Positions 18,348 to 28,896 are shown, counted from the first letter of the stretch. The stretch: 64,000 bases of DNA from an uncultured Anaerolineaceae bacterium (GCA_964492745.1 CAZBLT010000007.1:20660-84659), one strand, 5' to 3'. Notes: generated from the letters alone by a model not told the origin. Program-made: numbers and translations.

Positions 18348-19485
18348 GGCCCTGATCTTGGTCGTCGAGGATGATCTTGCTCTGCTGGAAGGCATCCGCG
18401 AACTGCTGGAGATCTCTGGCTACGATGTGCTTACCGCTGGCAATGGCCGGGAGGCGATCGAGAAATTGACTCAGGCCCGACCGGATTTGATCGTCTCGGA
18501 CATCATGATGCCAGAGATGGACGGCTACGCCTTCCACGCCGAGGTCCGCAAACGGCAGGATCTGATTGCTGTTCCTTTCATTTTTCTAACTGCGCGGGGT
18601 GAGAAGACAGATATCCGGCGAGGGAAATCGGCCGGGGCAGATGATTACATAACCAAGCCGTTCGATGATGAAGATCTTCTGGTTGCGATCGAATCCAAAC
18701 TTTCCCGCTGGGCTGGGCTGCGGCGCTACCGCGAGGAGGAAATCTCCGATCTAAAGCACCGCATCCTGCTCACACTGAGCCATGAGTTCCGCACGCCGCT
18801 CACATACATCATCAATTATGCGGACATGCTCAATATGGGCGATCCCGCGGTCACCGAGGAGGACTTCCACGAGTTCATGGATGGCATCCGGCGGGGGGCT
18901 CGGCGGCTGAATAAGCTGGTGGAAGATTTCTTGATCCTGGTCGAGCTGGAGACGGGCGAGGCGGTCGAAGCCTATCTGTATCGCCGGCAGCCGATCGATG
19001 ACACCAGCGCATGGCTTCGGGTCGTGGCGCGTAGATTCCAATCGCGGGCGGATGCACGTGGGCTGGAACTCAAGCTAGATATCCCGGATGGCCTGCCGAC
19101 CCTAATCGCCGATGAGGCCTACCTGGCAGATGCTCTGGGGCGCCTGATCGATAACGCCATCAAATTCTCCACAGATACCAGCCAGAGGGTCAGTATTCAG
19201 GCGCGGGCTGAGGGTGACCGTTTGCGTGTGGCTGTGATCGATGAGGGCCGTGGCATCCGAGCCGACCGCCTCGAGGAGATCTTCGATGTCTTCGAGCAGG
19301 TGGACCGCGAATATCATGAGCAGCAGGGGACTGGATCGGGCCTGGCGATTTGCAGAGGCATTGTGGAGATCCATGGAGGGGAAGTAGGCGCCGAGAGCCA
19401 GGAAGGGAAGGGGAGCACCTTCTGGATTCTGCTGCCACTCAGGCCGCCTGATATGGCGGGCCTGCCTCCGGTGGAATCGAGCTGA
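18340..19485 (+). CDS. Hybrid response-regulator (REC) / histidine kinase
   Basis: VVEDD, SDIMMPEMDG, DYITKPF; SHEFRTPL, DNAIKFS, GSGLAI. Confidence 0.93.
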   Translation: MDKALILVVEDDLALLEGIRELLEISGYDVLTAGNGREAIEKLTQARPDLIVSDIMMPEMDGYAFHAEVRKRQDLIAVPFIFLTARGEKTDIRRGKSAGADDYITKPFDDEDLLVAIESKLSRWAGLRRYREEEISDLKHRILLTLSHEFRTPLTYIINYADMLNMGDPAVTEEDFHEFMDGIRRGARRLNKLVEDFLILVELETGEAVEAYLYRRQPIDDTSAWLRVVARRFQSRADARGLELKLDIPDGLPTLIADEAYLADALGRLIDNAIKFSTDTSQRVSIQARAEGDRLRVAVIDEGRGIRADRLEEIFDVFEQVDREYHEQQGTGSGLAICRGIVEIHGGEVGAESQEGKGSTFWILLPLRPPDMAGLPPVESS

Positions 19486-19497
19486 GCACGCGCCCGG

Positions 19498-20958
19498 CTA
19501 GCGGGCCGATTCCGCGACCTCTTGGCCGAATCCAATCAGCGATTTGAGCTGCTCAGGGGAGCCGGCTTCAGCATATACCCGCAGAACAGGTTCCGTTCCT
19601 GAAGGCCGGATCAATAGCCATGAGTCGTCCTCCAGCATGTATTTTACGCCGTCGAGCGTAGAAACCTCGGCGACGGTCGAAGCGCCAATCTTGGCGGGCG
19701 CGGCCCCGGCGAGCCGGGCGACCATGCGCTCCTTGACGACCGGTCGCGAGAGCCGCAGGTCAACCCGCTCGTAGTGTGCCGGGCCAACCTCTGCCAGCAG
19801 ATCTGCGACCAGGGTTTCTAAAGGTGCATCTTGCGCCGCCACCATCTCCAGCAGCAGCAAGCCCATTAGGATCCCGTCGCCCTCAGGGATGTTGCCCTTG
19901 ATGCTGATGCCTCCTGACTCTTCGCCCCCGATGAGAACATCATCTCGCAGGATCCATTCGGCGATGTGGTTGAATCCAACGGGGGTTTCCACCACTTCCA
20001 GCCCGTACCGAGCCGCTAGGCGATTGATCATCTGAGTGGTGGAAACGGTCTTAACGACTTTGCCAGTCCAACCGCGAGTTTCCACCAAGTATTTCAGCGC
20101 CAGGGCCATGATACGGTGTGGGTCGATGAACTGCCCGCGCCCATCCATGGCACCGATGCGGTCTGCATCGCCATCGGTGGCCAGCCCCATCTGGCCGCGG
20201 CCGGCGGCGATGGCCCCTGCCAGGGCGCCCAGGTAACGGGCGATGGGCTCGGGATGGATTCCTCCGAAGCCTGGGTTCATCTCGCCCCGGATTTCGAAGA
20301 CCTCACAGCCGCTACCCTGCAGGATGCCCTTGATCTGGCCTCGGCCCGACCCATACATCGAATCCACCACAAGATGCTGAGGGTTGTCGGCGATGATATC
20401 GAAGCGGATGAGGCCACGGAGATGGTCGTAATAGGCAGGAGTGGGGTTGAAGCGCTCGATCAACCCGGCCTCGCGGGCTTGCTCGTAATCCATCAAGTTG
20501 GGGCCGCGCCCGCGGGCCTCGTTATCGTTGAGGTAGACCTCGACGCGCCGGCATTGCTCCCGGGCCGCCGAACTTCCATAGGCGGCTTTCAGCTTAACGC
20601 CGCTATAGCGGGGCGCGTTGTGGGAGGCGGTGATCATCAATCCGGCGATGGCGCCCAGGTGCCGCACGGCGTGGGAAACCGCGGGTGTGGGGGCATCCGC
20701 GGCCGTTAGATAGACCTTATAGCCGTTGGCGGCAAGCACGCGGGCGGCTTCCGCCGCGTATCGATCGGAGAGAAAGCGGGTGTCGAAACCCACTACCATG
20801 CGGTGCGGATCGGGTTTGGGACCCTCAAAGGAACCGTTCAGCCACTCATCGGAAGCGACTGCGTCGGCGATGGCCTGGGCCACCAGACGTAGGTTGTGAA
20901 AGGTGAAGGTGTCTGAGATGACCCCCCGCCATCCGTCCGTACCGAAATGAATTGGCAT
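19498..20958 (-). CDS. Phosphoglucomutase/phosphomannomutase family protein
   Basis: FGTDGWRG, TASHN phosphoserine loop, DGDADR metal loop, GGEESGG, RPSGTEP. Confidence 0.95.
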   Translation of the reverse strand: MPIHFGTDGWRGVISDTFTFHNLRLVAQAIADAVASDEWLNGSFEGPKPDPHRMVVGFDTRFLSDRYAAEAARVLAANGYKVYLTAADAPTPAVSHAVRHLGAIAGLMITASHNAPRYSGVKLKAAYGSSAAREQCRRVEVYLNDNEARGRGPNLMDYEQAREAGLIERFNPTPAYYDHLRGLIRFDIIADNPQHLVVDSMYGSGRGQIKGILQGSGCEVFEIRGEMNPGFGGIHPEPIARYLGALAGAIAAGRGQMGLATDGDADRIGAMDGRGQFIDPHRIMALALKYLVETRGWTGKVVKTVSTTQMINRLAARYGLEVVETPVGFNHIAEWILRDDVLIGGEESGGISIKGNIPEGDGILMGLLLLEMVAAQDAPLETLVADLLAEVGPAHYERVDLRLSRPVVKERMVARLAGAAPAKIGASTVAEVSTLDGVKYMLEDDSWLLIRPSGTEPVLRVYAEAGSPEQLKSLIGFGQEVAESAR

Positions 20959-21016
20959 CTTCTTTCCTCCACTCTCCGCAATGGCGGCCGGATTGTATCA
21001 GCCGGCCTGGGGAGGG

Positions 21017-22363
21017 TCAAACCTGCCGGTCTTGAGATTCGGGCAGCACGGCATTCAGTGGGAAGAGAAGGCCGGCGATGATGTCATTCACATTGGTGCC
21101 GGTTGGCCCGGTTCGGATCAGGGCCTCGATGGCAGCCAGGGCGGGATAAGCATCATGACGACGAAGATATTCAATGGGGTCCAGGCCCTTGGCGAGCATC
21201 TGGCGGGTGCTGAAGCCGGTCACGATGGCGCCGGCGGCGTCGGTGGGCCCATCAATGCCATCGGTGGCGAAGGCCATCAGGGCGACGCCTTCCAAGCCGG
21301 AGAGCCGGAGCGCAGCCGACAGCGCCAGCTCCTGATTCCTGCCGCCCCGGCCATGGTTGTCGAGCGTAACCGTCGTCTCCCCACCGTAGAGAAAGCATGC
21401 GGGTTGCACCACGCTTTCAGCGTGGGCGTGCAACTCCCCGGCAATTCGCGCACCCGCATCCCGTGCCTCCCCCTCTACGGGGCGGTCATCCACCCGGACA
21501 CGGAACCCAAGCCGTTCGGCCTCGGCCTGGACGGCGGCGAGGGCTGTGCGGTTGCTGCCGATGATTACATGGCCCAGCGGGGGAAGCTCGGGGCGATCGA
21601 GCCGCGGGCGCTCAAGAGCTTCGCGGAGCGCCTGAGGAAGCTCTTTCCACAGCCCGAGCGAACGCAGGGTTGCTCGGGCCTGTTCGGTCAAACCTTCATG
21701 TGGGATGGTAGGGCCGGAGGCGATGGCTGCGGCGTCATCACCGATGACATCCGAGAGAATCAAGGCGGCCACGTGCGCTGGGGCAGCCAGGTGCAGCAAG
21801 CCGCCGCCTTTGATCTGCGAGTAGGCTTTGCGGATTCGATTGATAGCTTCGATCGGTGCCCCGGATGCCAGCAGGCGGTCGTTGAGCCAACGTAGATCAG
21901 AGAGCGATATGCCTGCCACCGGGAGCTCCAACATGGCAGAACCGCCCCCGGAAATGAGCGCAAGTACAAGGTCGTGAGGTTGCGCTTCCCCCAGCAAATG
22001 TGCTACAGCCTCTCCTGCGCGTATGCTGCCGTCGGTCGGGAGTGGGTGTCCGCCGAAATGGACCTCCAGCCCCGGAGGAACCTCGATTTCGGTCCCCTCC
22101 GGAATCACCAGCACACCCTTCGGCTGGAAGCCTCTCAGCGCGTCCGCAGCCGCCCGCGACATGGGAGCGGAGGCTTTTCCAAAGGCAACGATGAATAGGC
22201 TCGAATCGGGTTCGAGATCGAATTGAAAATCGCCTATGGTGAGCTTGCGACCTTCAACCGTCAACGCCCTCGCGACCGCCTGGTAGGGATCCGCGGCCAT
22301 AAGTGCGGCGGCTATGAGTCGCTCGAAATGGCGTCGGTGGTCACGGAAGCGCGGGCGTGGCAT
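21017..22363 (-). CDS. Glycerate 2-kinase (MOFRL/DUF4147 family)
   Basis: FGKAS, HPLP, ISGGGSA, SDVIGDD...IASGPT, GGETTV, GGRNQE, TDGIDG, TGTNVND. Confidence 0.93.
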   Translation of the reverse strand: MPRPRFRDHRRHFERLIAAALMAADPYQAVARALTVEGRKLTIGDFQFDLEPDSSLFIVAFGKASAPMSRAAADALRGFQPKGVLVIPEGTEIEVPPGLEVHFGGHPLPTDGSIRAGEAVAHLLGEAQPHDLVLALISGGGSAMLELPVAGISLSDLRWLNDRLLASGAPIEAINRIRKAYSQIKGGGLLHLAAPAHVAALILSDVIGDDAAAIASGPTIPHEGLTEQARATLRSLGLWKELPQALREALERPRLDRPELPPLGHVIIGSNRTALAAVQAEAERLGFRVRVDDRPVEGEARDAGARIAGELHAHAESVVQPACFLYGGETTVTLDNHGRGGRNQELALSAALRLSGLEGVALMAFATDGIDGPTDAAGAIVTGFSTRQMLAKGLDPIEYLRRHDAYPALAAIEALIRTGPTGTNVNDIIAGLLFPLNAVLPESQDRQV

Positions 22364-22381
22364 GGCTCGATTAGGCCGTGG

Positions 22382-23668
22382 CTAAGGCGATTGCAGATTA
22401 TCTGCAGCCTGCTGTGCGGCGCCGGCCGGCGTGTTCAATCCGTTCACCACGGCCGAGACGGCAGCTTGAAGGGCAGGTCCGACAGTCGAGCGCACATCCA
22501 GGCCAGGCAGGACGCGCGCAGGGGTTACCAGTCCGCTGGTCAGAGCCGATGCAGGCCCTTCGGGCCAAGAGGCCAAGGTTGCGCTATTGGGCGGGAGCAT
22601 GCCCAGGGCGTGGGTCCATGGGCCGAGGAAGGCCGGGTCCATCAACCATACCAGCAACTGGCCGCTGAGGGCTTCCTTCTCGGGTGAGCTGCTCACGATC
22701 GACCATGACCATGGTTCGGCGAGGGAGATGGGATTCTCAGATCCGGTAGGGAAGGCCGTGGCGGCGTGTCGTGCCGGATCGTGGGCCTGAAGGAAGCTCT
22801 CGAGGGGGGCCACGGCAGCGGTCGTTCGATTCGCTAGCAATTCCTCCCATGTCTGCTGGGCGCTACCCCACCTTCCGATGGTCATTGGGAGCAAGCCGGC
22901 GTCGAGAGAGGTGCGATAGAAATCGAGTACCTTGGCCAAGGTGTCGGGCTCCAACGTGGGTTCACCGGTGTCATCGGTGAGCTTGCCGCCGAGTGCCATA
23001 TATTGAGCCAGGGTGAAGCGGGCCTGTGGATCACCCCCCGGCATGACGAAGGCGTTGCCGGCCGAGAGCAAATCTTCCCACCGACGGGGCGGAGCCTCGA
23101 AGAGATCCTTTCGGTAGGCGAAGACCTCGGTCTGCCCGGCGTATGTAATGGCGATGTATTCCCCCTCGATGGTGCTGGATGCGAGTGCGTATTCGTACCA
23201 GCCATTCGCTTCAGGGGCAGGGATGGAGGTCTCTAAGGAGGCAAGCAAGCCGCGGCTCGCCGCGGCAAGCACGCCTTCCGGCTCCAGCGTGATGAGGTCG
23301 GGGAGGGCCTCGGGCGCGGCGGCGGCGGCGGATAGCAGCGATTCGGTCAAACCACCCCGGCCCTCCCGGTTCTTGACACGCACCTCAATCTGAACTCCGG
23401 GTGTTTGCTCCACAAAGGCCTTCAACCGGTCCGCCAGCAAGGCGCCGGCGGGAGTCTCAAGGTCGGGTGCGAAGGCAGGCGCTACCCAGAGAAGCAGCTC
23501 CTTTGCAACTGGGCCAGGCTGGGGGCCAGATGTAGGTGTGGCAGTGGCCGGCTGGGCGGGGAGCGTCGGCGTTCTCGCCGGCTGGCTTGCGGGAGCCGGC
23601 AGGGAGCAGGATGTTATCAGCAAGACGGCCATCCAGAGGGCCGAGAAACATTGGAGAGCGCTGCGCAT
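22382..23668 (-). CDS. Extracellular solute-binding lipoprotein (sugar ABC family 1-like), orphan
   Basis: Lipobox ITSC, PT linker, LPDLI, AYRKDLF...P..WEDL. Start moved to ATG 23668, which has TATAAT 9 nt upstream. Confidence 0.75.
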   Translation of the reverse strand: MRSALQCFSALWMAVLLITSCSLPAPASQPARTPTLPAQPATATPTSGPQPGPVAKELLLWVAPAFAPDLETPAGALLADRLKAFVEQTPGVQIEVRVKNREGRGGLTESLLSAAAAAPEALPDLITLEPEGVLAAASRGLLASLETSIPAPEANGWYEYALASSTIEGEYIAITYAGQTEVFAYRKDLFEAPPRRWEDLLSAGNAFVMPGGDPQARFTLAQYMALGGKLTDDTGEPTLEPDTLAKVLDFYRTSLDAGLLPMTIGRWGSAQQTWEELLANRTTAAVAPLESFLQAHDPARHAATAFPTGSENPISLAEPWSWSIVSSSPEKEALSGQLLVWLMDPAFLGPWTHALGMLPPNSATLASWPEGPASALTSGLVTPARVLPGLDVRSTVGPALQAAVSAVVNGLNTPAGAAQQAADNLQSP

Positions 23669-23776
23669 AGTTGGTTGATTATACTGCCATGTCTCCGCAA
23701 ACTGGGAACTGACCCAGGATTGGCGTGCCTGGCATACGGGCCAGTTGCCGGTCGCGTATGCTAGAATCCCATCGCC

Positions 23777-25651
23777 ATGTCCGTGCCAGAACATCTCCTT
23801 CCGACCCTCGAAGGCATCCCAGCAAAGCCCGGTTGCTATCTGATGAAGGATGCCGATGGCAGGGTGCTCTACATTGGCAAGGCAGTCCATCTGCGCAGCC
23901 GGGTACGGTCGTACTTCCATGAATCCGCCGCCCATACCCCCCGCATGCAGGAAATGGTCTCCAAGGTGGCGGATATCGAATGGATCGTGGTGGGATCAGA
24001 ACTCGAGGCCCTCATCCTCGAGATGAACTTGATCAAGCAACACCGCCCCAAATACAACGTTCGCCTCAAGGATGACAAACGCTATCCCTACATCAAGGTC
24101 CACTGGCAGGATCCTTTCCCCAAGGTGACCGTGACGCGCCGGATGCGGCAGGACGGCTCGCGCTATTTCGGCCCATACACCAGCGTATGGGCCGTTCACC
24201 AGACGCTGGATGTGCTGCGCAAGATCTTCCCCTACCTCACTTGCAGCCGCGTCATCACGGGGGAAGATCCCCGGGCCTGCCTCTACTACGACATCCGCCT
24301 CTGCCTTGCGCCCTGCATCGGCAAGGTCAGCCGCGAGGCCTACCGAGCCATGATCGAGGATCTTTGCCGGTTCCTGCAGGGCCGGACGGAGCCCATCCTG
24401 GACCGGCTGCAGGAAGAGATGGCGCGGGCTTCGCAGGCGCTGGAGTTCGAGCGCGCCGCGGCCTTGCGGGACCAAATTCTGGCCATCGAGAAAGTAGTCG
24501 AAGGCCAGAAGATCGTCTCTCAGGATCGGGTGGATTCGGATGTCATCGCCTTCGCACGCGATGACGAGAGCGCCTGTGTGCAGGTCTTCTTCATTCGGGG
24601 CGGGAAGCTGATCGGGCGCGAATATTTCGTATTGGACGGGGCCCGCGAGGCGGACGACCGAGAATTGGTTGAGGCCTTCGTGAAGCAATTCTATGCCGAG
24701 GCCACGAGCGTCCCGCCGCGGCTGCTGCTGCCGATCGAGGTGCAGGAGGCCAGGATCATCGAATCCTGGCTCGAGAGCCGGCGAGGCGGCAAGAAGGTCA
24801 AGCTGGTGGTCCCTCGCCGGGGGCCGAAGCGGGCCCTGGTACGCATGGCGGCCGAGAACGCGGCCGAGACTCTGGCCTCCCTGCGGGCGCAGTGGAAGGC
24901 TGGCCGCAGCAAGCACGTCCAGGCTCTGGCCGAGTTGGAAGAAGCGCTGGAGCTTAAAGAACCTCCCAACCGCATTGAATGCTACGATATTTCCAACCTG
25001 CAGGGCACGGCGGCTGCAGCCTCTATGGTGGTCTTCGAACAAGGAGCCGCAAGCAAGGCCCTCTATCGCCGGTTCACCATCCGCAGCGTGGACGGCCAGG
25101 ATGACTTCGCGAGCATGGAGGAGGTGCTCCATCGACGCTTCCGGCGCTGGGAGATTGCCACGGAGCAGGCGAAGAGGCCTGGAGGGAAGCTGGACCGGGC
25201 CTTCGGGGTCCTGCCAGACTTGCTGATCGTGGATGGTGGTCGCGGTCAGCTTGCAAGAGCTCTGGATGTGCTGAAAAGATATGGGCTGGATGAGCGCGTG
25301 CTGGCGGTCGGCCTGGCCAAATCCCATGAGGAGCTCTATCTCCCCAAGCGCGAGACGCCGCTCCGGCTGCCGCGCCGCTCGGAGGGGTTATACTTGGTGC
25401 AACGCATCCGGGATGAAGCCCATCGCTTTGCGCTTCAGCAGCACCAGCGCCAGCGTCGGCGGACCGGCTTGGCATCCCAGTTGGATCAGGTGGAGGGGGT
25501 TGGCCCGGCACGGCGGAAAGCGCTATTGCGGCGCTTTGGAAGCCTGGAGGCTATCCGCCAAGCCCAGATGGAGGATATTGCCGCCCTACCTGGGATCAGC
25601 AAGAAACTTGCCCTGCGCATCAAGGAAGCTCTAGGTGAGCATGGAGGCTGA
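23777..25651 (+). CDS. uvrC: Excinuclease ABC subunit C
   Basis: GIY-YIG domain (PGCYLMK...YIGKA..LRSRVRSYF), UVR domain, RIECYDIS, DGGRGQL, RDEAHRFA, HhH motifs. Confidence 0.98.
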   Translation: MSVPEHLLPTLEGIPAKPGCYLMKDADGRVLYIGKAVHLRSRVRSYFHESAAHTPRMQEMVSKVADIEWIVVGSELEALILEMNLIKQHRPKYNVRLKDDKRYPYIKVHWQDPFPKVTVTRRMRQDGSRYFGPYTSVWAVHQTLDVLRKIFPYLTCSRVITGEDPRACLYYDIRLCLAPCIGKVSREAYRAMIEDLCRFLQGRTEPILDRLQEEMARASQALEFERAAALRDQILAIEKVVEGQKIVSQDRVDSDVIAFARDDESACVQVFFIRGGKLIGREYFVLDGAREADDRELVEAFVKQFYAEATSVPPRLLLPIEVQEARIIESWLESRRGGKKVKLVVPRRGPKRALVRMAAENAAETLASLRAQWKAGRSKHVQALAELEEALELKEPPNRIECYDISNLQGTAAAASMVVFEQGAASKALYRRFTIRSVDGQDDFASMEEVLHRRFRRWEIATEQAKRPGGKLDRAFGVLPDLLIVDGGRGQLARALDVLKRYGLDERVLAVGLAKSHEELYLPKRETPLRLPRRSEGLYLVQRIRDEAHRFALQQHQRQRRRTGLASQLDQVEGVGPARRKALLRRFGSLEAIRQAQMEDIAALPGISKKLALRIKEALGEHGG

Positions 25652-25653
25652 GC

Positions 25654-26028
25654 ATGCGAGCGGTTTGGATTGTCGATGACGATGATGAGATGAGCCATGC
25701 CGTAAAACTGATGCTTCAACTGCTGGATTGTGAGGCGGTTATCTACCGGGATGCGCGCAGCGCGGCGAGGCAACTGATGGCGGGTGGCCGGCCAGATGTA
25801 ATGATCCTGGATATCAACATGCCCGAAGTCAGCGGCATCGACTTGCTGGAATTTGTACGCAGGCGCCAGGAAACCCAGGATATTCCTATCGTGATGCTCT
25901 CATCGGAGACGACCGACTTGCAGGTGGACGAGGCCATGAAGCTGGGCGCAGACGCCTTCGTTTTCAAGCCGGTCACGATGGAGGAGTTGGAGGGAGCGAT
26001 CGAGAGAGCGGTGGCTGCCCACGGCTGA
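25654..26028 (+). CDS. Single-domain response regulator (CheY-like)
   Basis: IVDDD, LDINMPEVSG, FVFKP. Confidence 0.9.
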   Translation: MRAVWIVDDDDEMSHAVKLMLQLLDCEAVIYRDARSAARQLMAGGRPDVMILDINMPEVSGIDLLEFVRRRQETQDIPIVMLSSETTDLQVDEAMKLGADAFVFKPVTMEELEGAIERAVAAHG

Positions 26029-26075
26029 GGGTGTCTTCCCTGAACTCGAATCCGAGGGGCAAGGGCAGGCACGTG

Positions 26076-27755
26076 CTAGGGAACCCCCTCTGAATCCGTT
26101 GAGGGGGGATCTATCAGAAGACCCAGGCGAGCCGCGGCGTCTCGAAGCCGCGGCCAATTCTTTTCCGGGACGGCAATCGCGGTCGGCCCCAAGGCTTCTC
26201 CCAGGTAGCGGCGGGTGGAAGGGTGCGATTGGAGCATCTCCAATGCCGAGGGCTCTTTGACACGCAGTACCAGGCTTCGCTCGAGGCGGGCTTCCAACCC
26301 CGCAGCGTGCCAGCGAGAAATGGCCTGCTTGAGTGAGGGCGGCAGGGCTCCAGCGCTCGCCTCCTCCAGGATCCGCAGAATATGAACCTCCCGGAGCCCC
26401 TGATCCAAGGCTCGCCGGAGGGATGTCGGCGTCAGGCGGTAGCGGTACCCCAGCCGGTTGGGAAAATCCCAGTCGCTGATGCGTGCAAGCTGGTAACGCA
26501 AGGCCCGGGGGGCATCATAGGGGACCTGCAGGCTCCCATCCGCGCGCAGGGTCACTTGCCCGTACCTTGGCTCGAGGTCGATCTTGGACTCGGGCGAAAT
26601 CAACATCTGCCAGGGTGGTGCCAGCCGGAACGCCGTGATGGCTCCCTGTTCGCTCGGACGGCCGGTGTCGGTTGCGCCCAGCCAATGCAGCGGCCCTTGA
26701 ATGAGGCAGCGCAGGAATGCGCCGTCTACCTCATCCCAGTATTCAAAGCCGCGCAGGAATGTGCCCTTGGCATCCTGCAGATACCAGGATTCGAAGTCTG
26801 CCCCGGGGCGCAGGAAGGAGGGATCCCGCGCCCTGACATCTGCAATGAAGCTCTCGAGGTTCCACCAAACACCGGGCGGGATGGTTTCCAGCAACGCCAT
26901 TGCTGCCTGGCGCGAAAGCAGCGGATCGTTTGGCCACCCGGCCCTGCCTGGCCGCAAATAAGGCACGGCGGCCAGGTCATTCCATCGTCGGGACCCCAGC
27001 CAGCTTCTCAAGAGGCCTGAGAGCGCCGGGCCATCCGGCGCCTCGAGGAAAGCGGCTGCCGCCTCGGCAGCCGGCTTGAGCGGCTTCGGCTGGAGCATCC
27101 GGGTTTCCAAAAGCAGGGCCAGCAGCATGTCCAACGCCTCAGGGTAGTGGAGATGGGGCCGCAGCGCAGCCATGCGTTCGGGGGGGAGGTTTTCCTGCGC
27201 GGAGGGTTGGGCCCGCAAAGCCGCAAGCAGTGTGGTGGCATCGTCCAGGATGCGGCCATCTGCCAGGCATGGATAGGCCGGCGGGGGGCATGCCTGGCCA
27301 AGAGGGGCCTTGGAGGAACTGGCCTGCGGCTGCAATGCAGCACGCAGGTCTTCGGGAATATAGGCGAATTCCAGGGGCCCCTTGGGCGTGTCGAAGAAGG
27401 CACGATCGATCAGAGCCCGGTACCAGAGCGCCTCGGTGGCAGATGCCGGGTTGCGCCATGGCTTCTGCCGATCCAGCCTGCCAGGACCCATGGCCCGCAG
27501 CTGGCCGTAGCGGCGCTCGAAGTCCGCCATCGGAATTCGACCGCCCTGCTGAATCAGATGATCGAGCGCTTGCCTAGCCTGCGCGGGAAGCGACGAGATG
27601 CACTCCTCGAGCCATGGAGACTGGCTCAGCATTCCTGCCAAGGCCGATGCGGCTTGATCGGCGGGGCCGGAAGGAAGATCGATGCCCCAAAGCTCTGCTA
27701 CGATCTGCAGGAAGCTTGCATCCCGGTCCCGGAGACATTGAGCAAGCGTTCGCAT
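26076..27755 (-). CDS. XPB/Ssl2 helicase-associated domain protein (Helicase_C_3-like)
   Basis: C-terminal YRLTPTSLRRALDQGL....ILRILEE....LPPSLKQAISRW pattern; GPLHWLG. No helicase motifs. Confidence 0.7.
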   Translation of the reverse strand: MRTLAQCLRDRDASFLQIVAELWGIDLPSGPADQAASALAGMLSQSPWLEECISSLPAQARQALDHLIQQGGRIPMADFERRYGQLRAMGPGRLDRQKPWRNPASATEALWYRALIDRAFFDTPKGPLEFAYIPEDLRAALQPQASSSKAPLGQACPPPAYPCLADGRILDDATTLLAALRAQPSAQENLPPERMAALRPHLHYPEALDMLLALLLETRMLQPKPLKPAAEAAAAFLEAPDGPALSGLLRSWLGSRRWNDLAAVPYLRPGRAGWPNDPLLSRQAAMALLETIPPGVWWNLESFIADVRARDPSFLRPGADFESWYLQDAKGTFLRGFEYWDEVDGAFLRCLIQGPLHWLGATDTGRPSEQGAITAFRLAPPWQMLISPESKIDLEPRYGQVTLRADGSLQVPYDAPRALRYQLARISDWDFPNRLGYRYRLTPTSLRRALDQGLREVHILRILEEASAGALPPSLKQAISRWHAAGLEARLERSLVLRVKEPSALEMLQSHPSTRRYLGEALGPTAIAVPEKNWPRLRDAAARLGLLIDPPSTDSEGVP

Positions 27756-27788
27756 GGCAAGGCCGACGGGCTCCGCTGGGCCTCTTCC

Positions 27789-28703
27789 CTAGGCGATGAG
27801 ATTAATTTCGCCTGGAAGCACGCGGATGTGGAGTTCGGTGACGTCAGAGGAGAAACCGGCGAAGATCTCCCCATCTGTGTGGATGGTCACCGGGCGTTCC
27901 GAAGTCAGGTGGAGCTCTTTGAACTGGCCCATGCGAACTGCGGGAAAGCGTCCGTGGGTGCCGTTCATCACCTCGGGGATCAATCGGAACATCATAGGGC
28001 GCGACACGCGCTGGATCATGGCGTAGTGCAACAAGCCGTCGTCAGGAATGGCATCGGGCGCGACGTGGAAGCCACCGCCCTCCCGAGGCCCGTTGCAAGC
28101 CACGAACATCAATACCTCTTGTTCGAATTGCTCCTCGTCGGTTTGGATCACCATCCTGGGCGCGTCATGATTGCGGATGATGGTCTGTATTACCGCCCAA
28201 AGGTACATAGTGAACCCTTGCAGGCGAGTGATCTGATAGGAGTGGATTGTGACGGAGGCATCGAAGCCGATGCCCAGCGTGTTGTCCCAATACTCGATGC
28301 GGCCGGAGCCATCGCGCACTTCGGCGAGATCGATCGGACGGGATACGCCGTTGAATACCCGTTCCATCGCACGCTCGATCTCTTGTGGTATGCCCACATT
28401 GGAGCAAAAATCATTGCCCGAGCCGATCGGCACTGCGGCTAAGGCTGGGCGCTGTTCCTTCGGGATGCGCATGAGGCCGTTGACCACCTCGTGGACGGTC
28501 CCGTCGCCCCCCAGCGCGGCTACGATCTCATAGCCCTCTCGTGCGGCTTCTTCGGCGAGCTCGGTAGCATGGGTAGGATATTCTGTGGCCGACCAGGAGG
28601 CGCCGCCCCAGCGCATAAGGATAGGTTGAAGCGAGGAGGCTAATTCCCAGGATCTGCCCCGGTCGGCGTGGGGGTTAAAGATCAGCTTAACTCGTTGGGT
28701 CAT
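27789..28703 (-). CDS. Diacylglycerol/lipid kinase family protein (YegS/BmrU)
   Basis: IFNP, GGDGTVHEVVNG, PIGSGNDF, GFDA, DDG, HTDGE. Confidence 0.93.
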   Translation of the reverse strand: MTQRVKLIFNPHADRGRSWELASSLQPILMRWGGASWSATEYPTHATELAEEAAREGYEIVAALGGDGTVHEVVNGLMRIPKEQRPALAAVPIGSGNDFCSNVGIPQEIERAMERVFNGVSRPIDLAEVRDGSGRIEYWDNTLGIGFDASVTIHSYQITRLQGFTMYLWAVIQTIIRNHDAPRMVIQTDEEQFEQEVLMFVACNGPREGGGFHVAPDAIPDDGLLHYAMIQRVSRPMMFRLIPEVMNGTHGRFPAVRMGQFKELHLTSERPVTIHTDGEIFAGFSSDVTELHIRVLPGEINLIA

Positions 28704-28866
28704 CGCGAGCTGCTCCAATTCGGGAATGCCGGGGGAGGGTTGGCTAAGACTTCGAGATGGGATTGCCTGGGAGGCGGCCGCCCCTTCCGTCGGCGAGTGA
28801 TGCGATTATAGTCCAATTCTGAGTTCGCACTCATTTCGGGGTTGGAATTTTTAAGCCGAACGGTGA

Positions 28867-28896
28867 TTGACTCGCCCCCCATGGGGGTATTAAAGT
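28867..28896 (+). promoter_or_regulatory. Sigma70-type promoter pointing into the 28.9-29.2 kb intergenic region
   Basis: TTGACT (28867-72), 18 nt spacer, TAAAGT (28891-96) in an AT-rich patch; no credible + strand CDS downstream. Confidence 0.55.
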
